Source: the human T2T-CHM13v2.0 reference genome, Homo sapiens
Direction: 5' to 3' (one strand)
Length of the DNA stretch: 64,000 nt
Assembly: GCF_009914755.1 (NCBI RefSeq)
Contig: NC_060940.1
In this document: positions 31,777 to 48,700 of the stretch, one piece after another
Layout: each line of letters begins with the position of its first letter
Numbering within the stretch: the stretch's first letter is position 1
The notes under the pieces: generated by a model
What the model saw: only the letters and a program-made list of their open reading frames with translations
The model's database searches: none
Told to the model about the DNA's origin: nothing
Program-made: the position numbers and the translations under genes

Positions 31777-32050
31777 CCTATCTCAAACTAGGCCTGATTA
31801 TAGATTATTTACATAAAACAAAACACTATACATCCAGAAAAAAATTATTCCACATCCCACCCCTCTCTCTTTTTGTTTTCTGCAACCATACGTCATTAAA
31901 CTAGTTTTCCTATTGTTAAGAAATTTAGGTTGTTTCTAATCTTGCATGAAAATGCAATTAATAACCTATGTAGCTCACTCCATACTTGGGAAAGTAAAGG
32001 TGCAAGTAGGGAAACTTTCTAGATAGAAGTCATTTTAAAAAGATGTTGTA

Positions 32051-32347
32051 GGCTGGGTGCAGTGGCTCATGCCTGTAATCCCAGCACTTTGGGAGGCTGA
32101 GGGGGGTGGATCACTTGAGGTCAGGAGTTCGAGACCAGCCTGTCCAATATGGTAAAACCAGTCTCTACTAAAAATACAAAAATTAGCTGGGCGTGGTGGT
32201 GCACATCTTTAATCCCAGCTACTTGGGAGGCTGAGGCAGGAGAATTGCTTGAGCCTAGGAGGCAGAGGTTGCGGTGAGCCAAGATCATGCCACGCCACTG
32301 TACTCTGGTCTGGGCCAGAGAGTGAGACCCCGTCTCAAAAAAAAAAA
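32051..32347 (+). mobile_element. Alu (AluS)
   Basis: Full dimer; aaaag..tgttgta TSD-like flanks. Confidence 0.95.
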
Positions 32348-33427
32348 GTGTTGTTGTAGAGGTTGCTGTGGGACAAAAATGAGTGGTCATTCACCTTTAT
32401 TCTTTGTGGGGTTTTTTTTGGCAGGAAATTGGAGCTGCCTGCCCTTATGCACCCAGCACTCTGGGATCTTCATATTAAAATACATTTTAGTCAAGCTTCT
32501 GTTTCTTGGCACAGAAACTTTGTTTTTCCCAGGCTTGTTGATGTCGCATTGTATAAAATGGCAGTAAATGTGCAAGGAAATTTTATATCAGAGGATTAGC
32601 CTTCAAGGTTATTTACAAGGGCTCAGTTTAAATTATAAATAATAAAACCAAAATATTTTAGGGATACATTTTCCTCATTGGGACTGAAGGGTATTTATAG
32701 CTGACTTTTTATTATTCTAGGAAATCATTTTAATATCAAAACAGGCAGATGCACTGCCCATGTGCATTGGCCTCTTTTCCAACATATGATCATTTATAAA
32801 AAGGAGTTTGTCCATTTGACCTCTGTTTTGCTCCCACGGACTCAGAGAGGGATGAACTAGTTATCTGTGTCCTTGCTGAGGCCCAGGTACTAAGTTATGC
32901 CTTTGAATGTGCCTTGAGGGCTTAAGCCAAATATTCTCCATTATTTGAAGAATCTATTCTGCCAAGGACTGCCACTGCCTAGTGTATGCTTTTTGCAGAA
33001 AAGAGAAATGAGTTCTTTGCCTTGTGATTATAACTGCATTTTTCCCCGCTGTCATTATAGAACCATTTATTGTGCTTTTGAACCAGCTTTGCAGCCTGGT
33101 TACCTTTCTTTCCTATCTTTAGTCTCAGGGCATTTGAGATAAAAAGTCAGTGTCCTTGACTTCTTGGTTAACCAGTTATTCATCCAATAATTATTTATTA
33201 AATTTCTTCCAGTTTTCAGACTCAGTTCTAGATGTTGTAGTATATATAGAAAATGTATTTAACATATATAAATAGGGCGTTAGCCTCCGGGACCCAAATG
33301 TTTAGTTAGAGATATGAGGCCCACGTAAAAGAAAACCAGCAAACTAAGTGGCCCAAGTGAGGCCAAACTGGCAGCACAGAGCCCAGTGGAACAGGCCACT
33401 CTAGTAATTCTTGAGTTCGTGAGTATA

Positions 33428-33747
33428 GGCCGGGCACAGTGACTCACACCTGTAATCCCAGCACTTTTGGAGGCTGAAGTGGGAGGACTGCCTGAACCCA
33501 GGAGTTTGAGACCAGCTTGGATAATATAGCAAGATCCTGTCTCTCTCTACAAAATAAAAATTTAGAAAAATTAGCTGGGCAGAGTAGTGCCTGCCTGTGG
33601 TACCAGCTATTCAGGAAGGTGAGGTGGGAGGATTGCATGAGCCCCAGAGGTTGAGGCTGCAGTGAAACATTATTACACCACTATACTCCAGCTTGGGTGA
33701 CACAGCAAGACCCTATCTCAAAATTAAAAAAAAAAAAAAAAAAAAAA
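33428..33747 (+). mobile_element. Alu (AluJ)
   Basis: Diverged full dimer, long A tail, gagtata TSD. Confidence 0.93.
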
Positions 33748-33856
33748 GGAGTATAGACTGAGCCATGGGGCAACAGGTGAATTCACAGCCAGGGACAAAT
33801 ATGAACAATCCTAGGAAGGATGGTAGAGTAAACTTAGATTTTGCCCATAATTGTGA

Positions 33857-34329
<473 letters not shown>

Positions 34330-34507
34330 AAGACTTTCAAGAATTGTGAAAGATCTGAGATTCTACCCTACTTGCAAGCTAACAAGTTAATCTGCCACAA
34401 TTTCATATTGTTATAAGACGTGAGACTCTTAGGTCACAGATGGAGGACAGGTTATTACGTATATCAATAGCAGTCACCAGAGTCTCCGTATTTTTGTGTT
34501 AGTTCAC

Positions 34508-35271
<764 letters not shown>

Positions 35272-35739
35272 CTATAGGGCAATGCAAAGGAGGCTAGATA
35301 ACATGTACATATTGAGGAGTTACATTATAGGAGAGGAACCATGAGCTATGGGAACCTAGTCTTTTTCAAAGGATAGTAAGCATGCCTGTCTTTTGCTGTA
35401 GGTCAAGACACTGTCTTCATCTTCCAAGCCTATATGCACACCTGCCCTTTGTTCTAGAGGGAGAAACTCTCTCTGTCAAGGTTGTTGCTATGTAAACATC
35501 CTTGCAATGAGAGTCTGTAACACAGGACAGTCATTGCTTACTCACAAGACACGCAGAAGCACAAGAGACTCATGAAGAATAGTCTCCCAGCAAAGACTGC
35601 TGGGAATTGAGGGTAGGCCCTGGGAGCAAGTGTCACTGCCTTGCTTTTCACTGATGAAATCAGTTGCAATTCTGCAGTCTGTGAGACCAGCAGGTCTGGA
35701 TCCCATGGGTCAAAGTTTCGCAAACTCTACTTTTCCCAC

Positions 35740-36240
35740 TAATACCCTCTCAATATTTGCTTTATCTTTGGACTACATACATTGTTTAGTTACTTAATAT
35801 TTTACTTTAAATCAACTCTTTTTTAACATGTATACATTTCTTTAAAAAGGGAGCTTTATATTGCTACTTTAAGTGGAAATCCAGTATCATTAGCCAAAAG
35901 AAAAAGTATCCAGAAAAATAGATCCAATGAAAACAGAGTAATGTTATTACATTCCAGCAGATATTCTTGTCTGGAGGAGGCTCTGAGCCTCAAGTTTCCT
36001 TTCTTCATGTTAAGAAGGGAGATTAGTGGTAATGGTTGCACAGCTTTATACATTTTCTAATAATTATTGGATTCTGCACTTACAATGTGTGAATTTTATG
36101 GCTGATAAATTATACCTCAAAAAAAACCATTAAAAGAAAAAAAGGAGACACTAAAATGTGGTTGAGAACTGAAGTTCATTCACCAATCTGAGACTTTCTT
36201 TTTGATATAATAAGAAGGATTGATGGGGAATTTGGAGTTA
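35740..36240. mobile_element. hAT-Charlie-like DNA transposon remnant with a short L1 3' insert (36025-36140)
   Basis: Motif resemblance only; L1 piece gtggtaatggttgcaca...tatacctcaa. Confidence 0.4.
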
Positions 36241-36249
36241 AAAAATGTT

Positions 36250-36830
36250 CTCATGCATCCTTTCTATAATTAATTACTGAGCACGTGCCAGACACTCTTC
36301 TGGGCGCTTTAGAATATATTGGTAAATAAAATAGACATTCTAGTACAGGGAGATGATGGTAAGTAATACACTTAACACACTGGTAAATTATACAGTATGT
36401 TAGAAGTTGATAAGTGCTACAGGAAAAAAAAAAAAAACAGAGCAAGATGATAGAAATTGAGAGAACTAGAGAGCCTCCCTGTTGAAAAGATGTCCTTTGA
36501 GCAGAGAATTGAAGGACATGAGAAACAGCCATGTGGATATCTGGGGAATTGCATTTTGGGCATAAGGAGCAGCCACTGCAAAGGCTGTGTGGTGGGGGAA
36601 TGCCTGGAGTCCGTGGAACAGTCCAGGAACAGTATGTTTGAGTGAAGGGAGTAAGGCTGCTACTTGTAGGAGAAGAGGTCATAGAGGTAGTTCCATGAGA
36701 CTGGGGAGCAGCAGATTGTATAGGTCCTTGGAGGCCCTTGTAAGGACAAGGCCTTTCCTTTTTACTCTGCAGGAAATGGGGACCCATTGAAGAGTTTTGA
36801 GCAAAAGGAGAAATAATGTCGTCTCCCATG
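36250..36830 (-). mobile_element. L2 (L2a-like)
   Basis: ttactgagcacgtgccagacac..., gccatgtggatatctgggga..., ccattgaagagttttgagca. Confidence 0.85.
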
Positions 36831-37388
36831 GCAACATATAATATCTTTTCAATGCCTTTATAAGTTATTTAATATCTTGTGAGCTGCTCCACACTTTGTG
36901 AAACATTGTCATAATCTCCAGAACCACAGGGGAAGCAATTCTGCCTTTCAGGGGAGTAGTAACCACTTTTGATGCTGAGCTCAAGTCTGACTTGCTGCCC
37001 TTCATTGTGCCTGATGGGTGTTCTACTTTCTCTCTTATTAGTCCCTGCTGGAGACATTGCTGATAGCCAGAACTTCAGGAAAGAATACATTTATGGGCCT
37101 GATGACCTCCCTGAATTAGAGCAAAGTTATGTCTTTCTCCATATTTATAGTATAGAAATTCTAATCTCAAAATGTAGTTATTTCCTTCGCAAAAAATCTC
37201 ACAATTTTCAGTGTCAGACTAGCAGAATGGGTGCTTTCTTTAACATGCATATGGGCTGTTGTATTTCCCTATCCTTTCTCATCTCTTGTGACTGACTGTG
37301 ATGTTTTTTACCATCAATGGATGGGAGAAATCTGTAAAATCACACTGTGTATATAACAGAATATCGTCATCTAAGTCTGTCTGCTTCA

Positions 37389-37746
<358 letters not shown>

Positions 37747-39803
37747 TTAGGGAGGTGGGGCAGAGATGTACTGTATCAGAAACCTCGGCCCCCTGGGGTT
37801 GAATAGAGAGATTGATCTTGAATTTAAATAGCGTGTGTGCCAGTCTTCACCATCCCCCCAATCTCTGATTCTTCAAGGTCATCTCCTTACTTTCACAATT
37901 AATTCCATATGTCAGGGCACATTGTCAGATATTGTTCTTTTGCCATACAAGTTGGCCTGGGATTTAGCAGTTGCATGCTCGCTCTCTACTTTGTCCTGTT
38001 GTTCAATGAAAGCCCACGTGTCTGTAAGAGTTCTCCCAGTTTCTTTCTTGCTTGCCTCTTTCTGCAAGGCCATGTGTCTTTTCTGGACAAATCACAGGAT
38101 GAAGCCCTTGGTTTTACATACTGCAAGCTCTCAGTCTGTGTGGGTTGAAAAGTGGTTTGTTTTCCTTGTCTAGGATGGTTTCTAACTAAGCAGTTTCGGA
38201 AGTTTGGGCATATGTTTTGGAGTACCTTATGGGAGATAGTTTTTCCAATTTAAGATGCTTAGGAAAGGTTCTTGTTTAATTATAAGCAGAATCTTCTTCC
38301 ATGTTATTAAATGGCCCACTTTCCTTTTTAAAGATAGTAAAATGTGGAATTCAGCCTCTTCTCTTAGTAAATGTCCCCTAGAAGAATGGAATGTTTGATG
38401 GTATTGTTTGGCTCTCATTTTCTTCTGATCAGACCTGTGGCTTCCTTATAACTACTGCAAAAGGGCCTTCATAGGGTATCTCTTTGTAGGCAGAGCCTTA
38501 CCATGTCTTCCTGGTCTAATTTCTTTCTCAGTGAAGTAACTTCTTTCCGTTATTACAGTGAGACATTAATCCCAAGGGGCGCAGTCACACATCTCATAAG
38601 GGAGCTCTATGGCTGACTTGGGACCAAATCAAGAGCCTAAATAAACTTGGTAGAAGAAAAGTAGGTGACGTTTGCTGACCCGTTGGAATGATGGATATGA
38701 TTTACAACTATATGGTGATAAAGTGGCTCAGAAATATTCTTTTGAAGTCTTATTAGCTTTGCTCTCCAATGCCTAAGTGCCCAATGACTGAAGTCCAGAT
38801 ATGTGGGTTGATTCCATTTCTTTCTCCTCTTCTAGGCTTATTTCCATTAAGTGCATGTTCAAAATCAGGGAGTTTGGTTTGTAAGTATCATGAAAACTTT
38901 GAGAGAACCCTGAGAGCTCCTGCAGGTTGTTTCCCTGCTATTGAGGTCTTCAGGGATGTGTCACCCGTGGAATGTTCCTTGGCCCCAAGTCAGCATTTGT
39001 CCTCCTGACGGCTTGCCTCTTATTTCTGCTGTGTTAGCTATGAGCATCCTTTGGCGGCCTACAACTCTGGAGAAGGGAGGAAGACCCAACTCCTGTCATG
39101 GTTACCACTTCATCAGTCAGTCAATATGGTTAGACATTGATGTTTGTTTGGTTTTTTAGCCCCAAAGTAATAAGGACTCACTGTATTTTGCGTTCTGACT
39201 CTTTGGTTTTGTGCAGTGTCCATGCTGTAGCTTTCCTTCCTAATTTCCAGAGTTTATTACCTCAGACTCTGAATCAAGCAGGTGGAGATTTTTTTTGCCT
39301 TCTTAATTAAGTTTAAGGAGAGAGTCAGCTACTTCTTTCTCTTGGCAGTGGGGAAACTGGTAAACGTGGCATTTGATTAAAATCCTGTAATAGTTTTTAC
39401 CCACAACATTGAAATGAAAAAGTCAGGTCATGGAGTTGAATAGAAGGCATGCCAGTGGACTTGATGTCCAGAGATTGTATCTCATGGGCAGTACTTCAAC
39501 TCATGAATAAAATTGTGTTGGGAGAAGGTCTTCAGTGCTGTTGAACGTTTCTGACTGGCATTAGTGGGAAAGGGTGGGCATGAATTGACAAGGACATTAA
39601 AACTTTTCCTGGTCAGAAAATTGGTAAGATTGTGAGATGCTTGAGGACAGGAAGTCCAAAGCCTTGTGGTCTTGTTTAGTATGCATTCTTGACATCTAGC
39701 AAGTGCCTAACAGATAGTAGGCAGTAATTGTTTCTGTCTTACAGATGACATAGCTATTCTGTAGTGGTACCCACTTTTGAACTGACTCCAGAACCCATAT
39801 TCC

Positions 39804-40090
39804 TTTTTTCTTTTAGAGACATGGCCTCACTGTGTTGCCCAGACTGGAGTTTAGTGGCGCGATCATGGCTCACTGCAGCCTGGACCTCCTGGCTCAAGTG
39901 ATCCTCCTGCCTCAGCCATCTAAGTAGCTGGGAGCACAGGCGCGTGCCACCACAACCATCTAACTTTGTTTATTTGTTTATTTTGTAGAGATGAGGTCTC
40001 ACTATGTTGCCCAGGCTAGTTTCAAACTCCTGGGCTCAAGTGATTCTCCTGCCATGGCCTCTTAAAGTGCTGGGATTATAGGTCAGAGCC
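39804..40090 (-). mobile_element. Alu (AluJ)
   Basis: Diverged antisense Alu. Confidence 0.92.
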
Positions 40091-41134
40091 CTTATTTTTA
40101 ACCATGATACTATCTGCCTCAAAACATGGTTGGGCATCCAAGGGAAGATGAAGGCATTATTTATTAAAATAGCCAGGGCTCTCTCTTTGCTCTCTTGTCC
40201 AATAGCAGAGCCCCTAGATATAGCCTTCTCCTTGCTTCCAAGTTTTAATTTACTGAAATCCAGTTTCTAGTGTACCCTGATAGACTGGATAAACTAATTA
40301 CATATGATAATCTATTTCCAGAGTCACCATGGTTGGCGAGCCTTATCCATTCTGTCCTCTTCAACAGGCATAACCAGCCCAAAGACTGGAAAATCTTTTA
40401 AACCTTTTCAACTCTTTCTAACATAGGGCTTGATGTTTTGCTAACAGGCTCTTTCCATAGTGTGAACAAATTTTATGTGAAATCCATCAAAAAGAACTCA
40501 TTTTTTTCTTGAAGTAAGTATGTTGTTAAACCAGTATCTTCACAGAAGTTGAACCACACTTGTATTAATTCTTCTTTCAAAGTACTCAAGGTTACATCTG
40601 TTAACCACTGTCTTTTAATAGCACAGATAAGTTTTAGCAACTGTTGTTTTAATATTGTCTACATTCCTTTTTTGTTTTGTTTTGTTTTGTTTAAACAACT
40701 TTAACTGAAATCAGTCCTACATAGCAAACAAACATTTAGTTAATGTAAACTAAAACCTTTTCATACAACTTGGTATTCTCAGGTTACTTATTTGAGCCAT
40801 TTCCACCATCGTTAAATCTTCACAAGTTGCTTTTGTTTGCCTCATGAAAGTTCAATATGGATAAACACACAAAAAAATTCTTTGCGGTAACAGGTGAAGA
40901 TTATAATAGCTCCATGTCTATATATGGAACATGATCACCTTAGCAAAGCCAGACAATCCAGCCTGAAGCTGTGGTGGCTCCACGTTTCTTTAGCGGGCAG
41001 TGGTAAAAAGAGTATTTAAGATCGGTAGCATTGTACCTTGATTTTCAAGTTGATGAATGATAGAAGACTTAGAAAATGGATAGAAAACAATTTTATATAT
41101 TTCCATAGGTTAACTCAGCCTCTCATCTAAATAT

Positions 41135-41570
41135 GTTGGGATTATTTTAGTTGCAAGGGGCAAAACGTTCAACCTGAACTAGCTTAAGTAAGAACAGCTT
41201 CAGGAATAGTTCGATCAAGGGTCAGTTGATGTCATCAGGATGTGGTTTTTGTCTTTTCATCTTGCAGCTACCCCTACTATGTTGGCTCCATTCTTCCCAT
41301 TGCTGGCAAAATAGCTGCAGAGTCTTCTTCCTGTAGTTTCTGATAGTCTTGAGACTCATTCTGATGGGACATATTCCTATTCCTCTCAATCCTAGTTCTG
41401 TGACTAGAGAATCTAGTGGGCTGATTGGCTTAGACCTGGGTTGCATATTCCACCCCTGGCATTGGAGCTGGAGCCTCCTCAGACCACATGGGCTGTTTGG
41501 GGGAAGGGATGGGTGGGATTTGTCTGGAATAGGAGGACTGCCAAGGTGGCAAACAGTTGAAGTTTACCAT
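41135..41570. mobile_element. MLT1-family MaLR LTR remnant
   Basis: tagttgcaag...actagcttaag...gcttcagg...gatgtcatcagg...ctgattggcttagacctggg motifs. Confidence 0.5.
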
Positions 41571-41599
41571 AGTAGATTCATCGGAAGGAAAGTCAAGTT

Positions 41600-41811
41600 A
41601 CTTGAGTATTTCTGATCTGAAAATCTGAAATCTGAGGTGCTCCAATATTCAAGGCTTTTTGAGCATAAACATGATGCTCAAAGGAAATGTTTATTGGAGC
41701 ATTTCAGATTTTGGATTTGAAATGCTTGGCCAATAAGTATATAACACAAATATTCTAAAATCAGAAATACTTTTGGTCTCAAGCATTTCAGATAAGAGAT
41801 ATTCAGCTTGT
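41600..41811. mobile_element. Tigger4/MER46-like MITE
   Basis: ttgagtatttctgatctgaaaatctgaaatctg...caagcatttcagataagagatattcagcttgta. Confidence 0.8.
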
Positions 41812-42249
41812 ACTAATATGATTGCTACTCTTGTTTTTAACCTATTGTCACCTGCCCTGAGTTGACAAGTGACAATTTGAATGGCTTTGTCGGTTTAATG
41901 TATGCCTCCATAATTAGTTTTATATATATAGGTTAAGATTATCACCAGCTCCTCCTGGCCCATGGGTAAGTTATTTTAATTTATTGTAATTTAAGAAACT
42001 TATAATTAATATTTCCTAATATATATTGGTGTTTTGCTTGTAATACCAGCCTTAAATAAAGACATTTAATAAAAACGTATTCAGTTTATGCCTTTCCCAT
42101 CAAACATAGTACAGCCTGCTTTATAATTAGGATCTCAGTATTTGTTGTTGATTGACTTATAGTTTCCTCACATCTGACTAATAAATGTGTTTGAAAACCC
42201 CTCTCTGGCGTGAGCTGGGTTGTGTAAGAGAATTTCAGCTTTTTAATTG

Positions 42250-42668
<419 letters not shown>

Positions 42669-42880
42669 AGACCTCAGTTTTAAGACTACTCTTTTCTTAG
42701 CTTTGCAGATATGCTCTGGAGATGCCAGCTTACACTGGGAACTGGTTAGGCTGACCTTTCTCACCTTTTCTCATCCTATGGCCATCAAGTTACTGGAGGA
42801 GAATTAAGAGACGAAGTCATTGTCCTCGCTTGTCTATCACAAGGGTATTAAAACCACCATCTTCTCTTTATGGTCCACAG

Positions 42881-43000
42881 GTCGAGTTTGAGTGGCTGAG
42901 GCAGTTTTGGTTTCAAGGCAATCGATACAGAAAGTGCACTGACTGGTGGTGTCAACCCATGGCTCAACTGGAAGCACTGTGGAAGAAGATGGAGGGTGTG
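42881..43000 (+). CDS. FTO: FTO coding exon 7 (120 nt, phase 0-0; V374-V413)
   Basis: Acceptor tccacag|GTC, donor GTG|gtaagt. Translates [40 protein letters not shown] (FTO C-terminal domain); embedded in track ORF 42830..43102. Confidence 0.98.
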
Positions 43001-43264
43001 GTAAGTCCATCAGACCTGGGACCGTGTTTTCTGGGCTGCTGTGTTATACAAATCCTCCACTGCCTCATTTGCTTAGGCAAATGTAGATTTAATTATTCCT
43101 AATTATCAAGTTAGATTCTTCTTGGTAAGGTGATGGGTATAGCCAGGATTTTGTCAGTACAACCTCAGTTTAGTTCAATAAGCATTTATTGAGTATTTTC
43201 TCCTCATAGGGCATGTGCTGGACATATACTATGAAGTGGTGATAAGAGGATAACAATTCGAAAA

Positions 43265-43510
43265 TAATATTTAACATTCATTTGCATTTTTATATGCATC
43301 AGGTGCTACTCTGTTTTCTCAGTATTAACTTTAAAAAATTTTTACAGCAATGCTAAGAGGTATAGAAACTTTTCCAGGCCTTAATTTGTGGATGTGAAAA
43401 CTGAGGGGCAGGGAAATGAAGGGCCTCCCCCAGGGTCACTGAGTAAGTGGCACAGCAAGGTGGAAACTCAGGCAGGCTGGCTCCACAGCTTATGCTCTCA
43501 ACCACTGTGT
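43265..43510 (-). mobile_element. MIR
   Basis: gaaaactgagggg...cagggtcact...gtaagtggca...ctggctcca...ctctcaaccactg. Confidence 0.75.
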
Positions 43511-43874
43511 CCCAACAGTTGAACAAGGAGAGGGGCACGAATATCACCAGGTATGACATTAGCTAAATTGAAATCTGGTAATAGATGTGAAACGTTAAAA
43601 GAAAATCATAGTTCCAGAGGAGGGAGTATTACATTCAGACCACTTGAGCCGGCTGGGATGGTGGTGAAATGGCAGATGTGGTTTTTGGGGCCCTTGGATG
43701 CTGAGGAGTATGATGGGATGGGGGATCTGGGGAAGAACATTAGAATCCAGAAACTAAAAACAAGGCCAGAAGTCAGGTGTGACCAGAGCAAGTAGTGCAG
43801 ATGATGTGGGAGGAAATGTAGCTGGAAGGCAGGTTGAAGCCACATGGAGGTCTTGCATTAAGTCTTAATTTAAA

Positions 43875-44150
43875 TAATAGTAATAATAATAATAATAACA
43901 AACACTTACATAATACTTATTAAGTACCAGACATTATTCTAGGTGTTTTCTGTAAAACTTCTTTAACTTTTATGACAACCCACAACATAGGTGTAATATA
44001 TTCCCCATTTTTCTAACGAGGAGACCAAAACACAAAGGGTTTGTGTAACTTCCTCGAGGTCACCCAGCTAATAGGTGAGGGAGCTGGAATCTGAACTCTA
44101 GAAGGCTGCCTCTGGGGTCCTTGCCCTTCACCACCTCACTGTTCTGCCTT
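43875..44150 (-). mobile_element. MIR with (TAA)n tail
   Basis: aataataataacaaacacttac...ccccatttt...aggtcacccagcta. Confidence 0.8.
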
Positions 44151-44289
44151 CAAACAATTGGATTTGGAATGTAGTAGAAAAGTGGTAAAAGCCTGCAAAC
44201 TCTGGAGATAGTACCTCTGCACAGAATTTGAAATGTACTGGAAACAATGAACTAATCTGCAAAAATGGATAGCTATTGCTAATCCCTAT

Positions 44290-44510
44290 TTTATTTTTTT
44301 AAAGCCATTTTATTGGGGTATGATTGCCCTACAAAAAGCTGTACGTATTTAATGTGTACAACCTGAGTTTAGAGATACATGTACCTTCATGAAACCATCA
44401 CAGCAGTCTATGCCATAAACCTATCCATCACCTCCAAAAGTTTTCTTCTGTCTTATTTATTATAATTATTATTATTGTGATAAGAACACTTAACATAGGA
44501 TCTACCCTAA
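44290..44510 (-). mobile_element. L1MA/MB 3' end
   Basis: ttttattggggtatgattg...aaaagctgtacgtatttaatgtgtacaac. Confidence 0.75.
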
Positions 44511-45013
44511 TTCCTACTTTATAATAATGAAAATGTCAAGTCACAACTTTGAAGGCCCCAGTTTAAAAGTCTGGATCAGAATCCAAAAGTCCTTGCTTTC
44601 CAGACATCTCAAATCTTTAAATCATACCTTTTCATGGATATACGTCTGGGGAAGGAATGTTATAATCCTTTTAATGTATTAATAGTATCACAAAAATTGA
44701 TTTCTCCAAAGACCTGAATCGATGCAAAACTGAGCATTGTGAAACTGAATTGGAGTTAATGAAAAGTCTGTGCCTAAATCTCCTTAGTCAGTTCTGTTCC
44801 TAAACTAAGCCTGTTATGAGTACTCTCCATTTTTATGGGCTGCTTATATAAAGGCAGCTTCAATTTCAGGGCAACATTTTTTCCCCCTACTGTGTAATTC
44901 TGATTTTGTCCATTTACATATGAGTTAGAACCTCTTAACTTGATGAACCTTGGCTCTAAGACATCAGCTTGACTTTGAAGTTGTAATTTGACAACTCTGT
45001 GAATTAGAGTTGA

Positions 45014-45340
<327 letters not shown>

Positions 45341-45418
45341 CTTGATTTTGTTTTTTTAAAAACCAAATTAAAAAAAAATTGTTTTTGTTCAAGAGCTTTT
45401 TTTTTTTTATTTTTTTTA

Positions 45419-45769
<351 letters not shown>

Positions 45770-48700
45770 TCATTATGAATTCATTTAAGGAATTTAGTTA
45801 TATCTATGTAAATTTGTGTATAAATAATTTGAAGGTGGTGGCACATGCGTTAAGAGGAAATATCTGTTATTTGTTTTGTCGCTCTTGTATAAAAAATACT
45901 AAAAGGAAAAGCAATTCTGCGAACTCTCTGGTGCTGGTTTCCCAGAAGTTGGCGTGTCATTTCTAAGTGTTCTGAGGGAGATCAGTGGCCTCAGTGTCTC
46001 TCCTCAGCGTGTCTTGGGATGATCTTTATCAGCAGAGTGAAGATTTAGGTCCAGATAAAAGGGATGTTTCTTCCAAATTAAATGTAAGCATTGCTTCAAG
46101 CCTTTTACAGTGACTTTTTACAAATTCATAGTGATTTCTTTTTTCTATTGGACAAGACAGAACAGAATAATTGTTGGATGAATCTACGGTTCTGTGGTTC
46201 TGTTCGTTTAGTACCATCTGGTATTTGTATACTCGGGTGGAATTGGCAGTGGCTGGTTAGATTTCTACTTGGTACCAGCCCACCTCATATTTTCTCAGTT
46301 GCAAGCAGTAGGGGGCAATGTTGAGCTACCAGATTGAGGCCCCAAGATGTTAGCCTTTCAGGAAAACGCATACAAAAATACCATTAACTGTCAAGAATTA
46401 TCCCTGTTGCTTCAAGTTAGCTGTAATCTCCAAGATTCCATAGCACAGGATATCAGTTGTGGGTTAACAAATTCAACAGCAATTTAACATAAAAAGTACA
46501 GTGTTTGGTGCACATTTGGATTCTATAGCATTAGACTAATCCAAATGGAATTTCTGAGTGTCCTCACTTTGCTTCCAGGGACTATCTTACTCAAAATTAT
46601 TATCATTTTAGACAAATGATTCTTTTTTATCTTTATACTTTTTTTTGAATTGTAAAATCGTGCGTGTTGTGGAAGGATTTCTTTAAATCAATGCATTTTG
46701 TCTGTTCTGCAAAATAACATCGATCTCTTTTGCTGAGAAAATAAAAAACCTCAGGGAATATGTGCATTACTTTTCCCCTTTTGCTTATGAGTAAAGCAAC
46801 CTTTATCGGCCCTCGTACCAGGGAAGAGACTTGCGCTGTGATTTCTGTCTTTGTGCTCTTTTTTCACTTTGTGGCTGCAAGGTGTAGTCTCAGGAAGGAT
46901 ATAGAAGAATGGAAAATGAGCTTTGAAGTCGCTTTTCTTCCATTAATGGTAATTGCTTCACATGTCATAACCAGTCACATATTTCAAAAAGTTTAGTCAG
47001 CTGTCTCTAAAACTCCCCCATCCTCCACTTCCCATTTCCTGTCCCAGAAAACACCATTTTTATCACACTGTTTATTCTTGCCATTTTTTCTCCCAGCGGA
47101 TAGTTTTACTCCATCCATGCTCTTGTGATGTAAATGTTAAACCTTATATTTGAATGACATTCTGATAAAATATCACATTTTCCCTGAATATTACCTCATG
47201 AATTTATGAGCCATTAAGCCCAAAGCAACATAACCCTTTCTTATAACCCAGGAATTTAGTCTGGCCTTTCCCCTCCTCTTTGCTCCCTATTGAGGATGGC
47301 ATTATAACACTATAATACTATTCAAATATTTGTTTTTTATTTTAATTTTTTTAAAACCCGATGCACTTCCTACCCCCACCGCCCCTGCCATCCAAGATGA
47401 TTGTATTATGAGAAGACTCTTCAGGATAAGAGAGAGTTACCATTTGAAAGAAACTGTACAGCTGCTTTGCTTTCTGGGTAAAGAGAAATATGAAAAGCTG
47501 AAGTCTCCTGTGAGGTGGGCAAGTCTTGCTGTAGCCAGAGATTCAATGGATAGGCCATTTGTCTCTCAGGGTCTGGTATCGCTCTTTGCAAAACTGACAT
47601 TTATTTTACCTATAAAAATGTTTTAACACTATCAAATTCACAATGATACAGAAAAGAATGCTAGGTGCGAAATCCTCTAAATTGATGACATTTATTCATT
47701 TCCTATTGACCTTAAAAAAAAAAAAGGTCAATGTGTTATAATCCAGTGGAAATATTCGACAATCGTTTCCAGAGTAAACATTTTCGAAAGTAGTGATGAT
47801 TTCGATACTGGAGAGAAATTCTTCTTGCTGTTTTCCTTGGTTTTTTCTTTTAGAATAAAAAGTAGATCCTGATGGTTTTGAATGTTTTGAATTGCGTTTC
47901 CTGTTCTGACAATTCCTTGTGCTGTTATAGCAATGCATTTATATGGCAGTTGGCCTTAATAACCTTTATTGACTTTAGTGGGTAGGAGCCAAGACTGGAT
48001 TATTTTAATGTATCCGTTTGGAAACAGTGTAAAACACAACATATAATTATGTTAGGTAAGCTATAGGCTACATTTAATTCTATCCATTTATGTTAAAATT
48101 TGGCACAGGAGAGCAGAGACATGTGGAAAATGAGTAGGTGTTTTATTTAATAATGTAACCAGTTTCTTGTTGTTAAAGTTTTAAGAGAGAAATGTACTTA
48201 AGAAGGTAAAGGTTGTCCCTGACAAGTTAGTTATAATAGTTTAATTTTAAGATGAGTCATGCCTTTTCCCCTGCTATTTTGGCCTATGTAAATCATCTGG
48301 GAAGGCCCTTGCCAGGAGCCTGCCCATGGCTGTGTGGATGAGTCTTCCTCAGCATAGGTTACACTTCATGTAGTTTACATAGTCATAGGGAATGACTGAG
48401 CCGAGCAGTAGTTTGTTTATTTTTGGAGAGATTAATGAAGTTCTCATCACAGTGCTTTAGATTAAATTCTTTAAAACTGAATACAGGAACAAGGCTGCTT
48501 TTTCATTTACTGAAATTTTTACTGAGTATACTGGTATTTGCTATTGTATTATAGTTCAATTAGCTAAGTTTATTTTAAACTTCCTTCTAGGATTGAAGAT
48601 TTTTGGGGATGTGCAGAAGAAAGTGATGGAAATATAAATATCGAATTTTTTTGTTTGCATTAATGGGAAAGTCACCAATTTTTGTGTGTGTGTGTGTGTG

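Noticed and set aside
36251-36829. Longest ORF in the track (192 aa, minus strand)
   Set aside because: Coincides with a degraded L2 element; no recognisable protein or splice structure.
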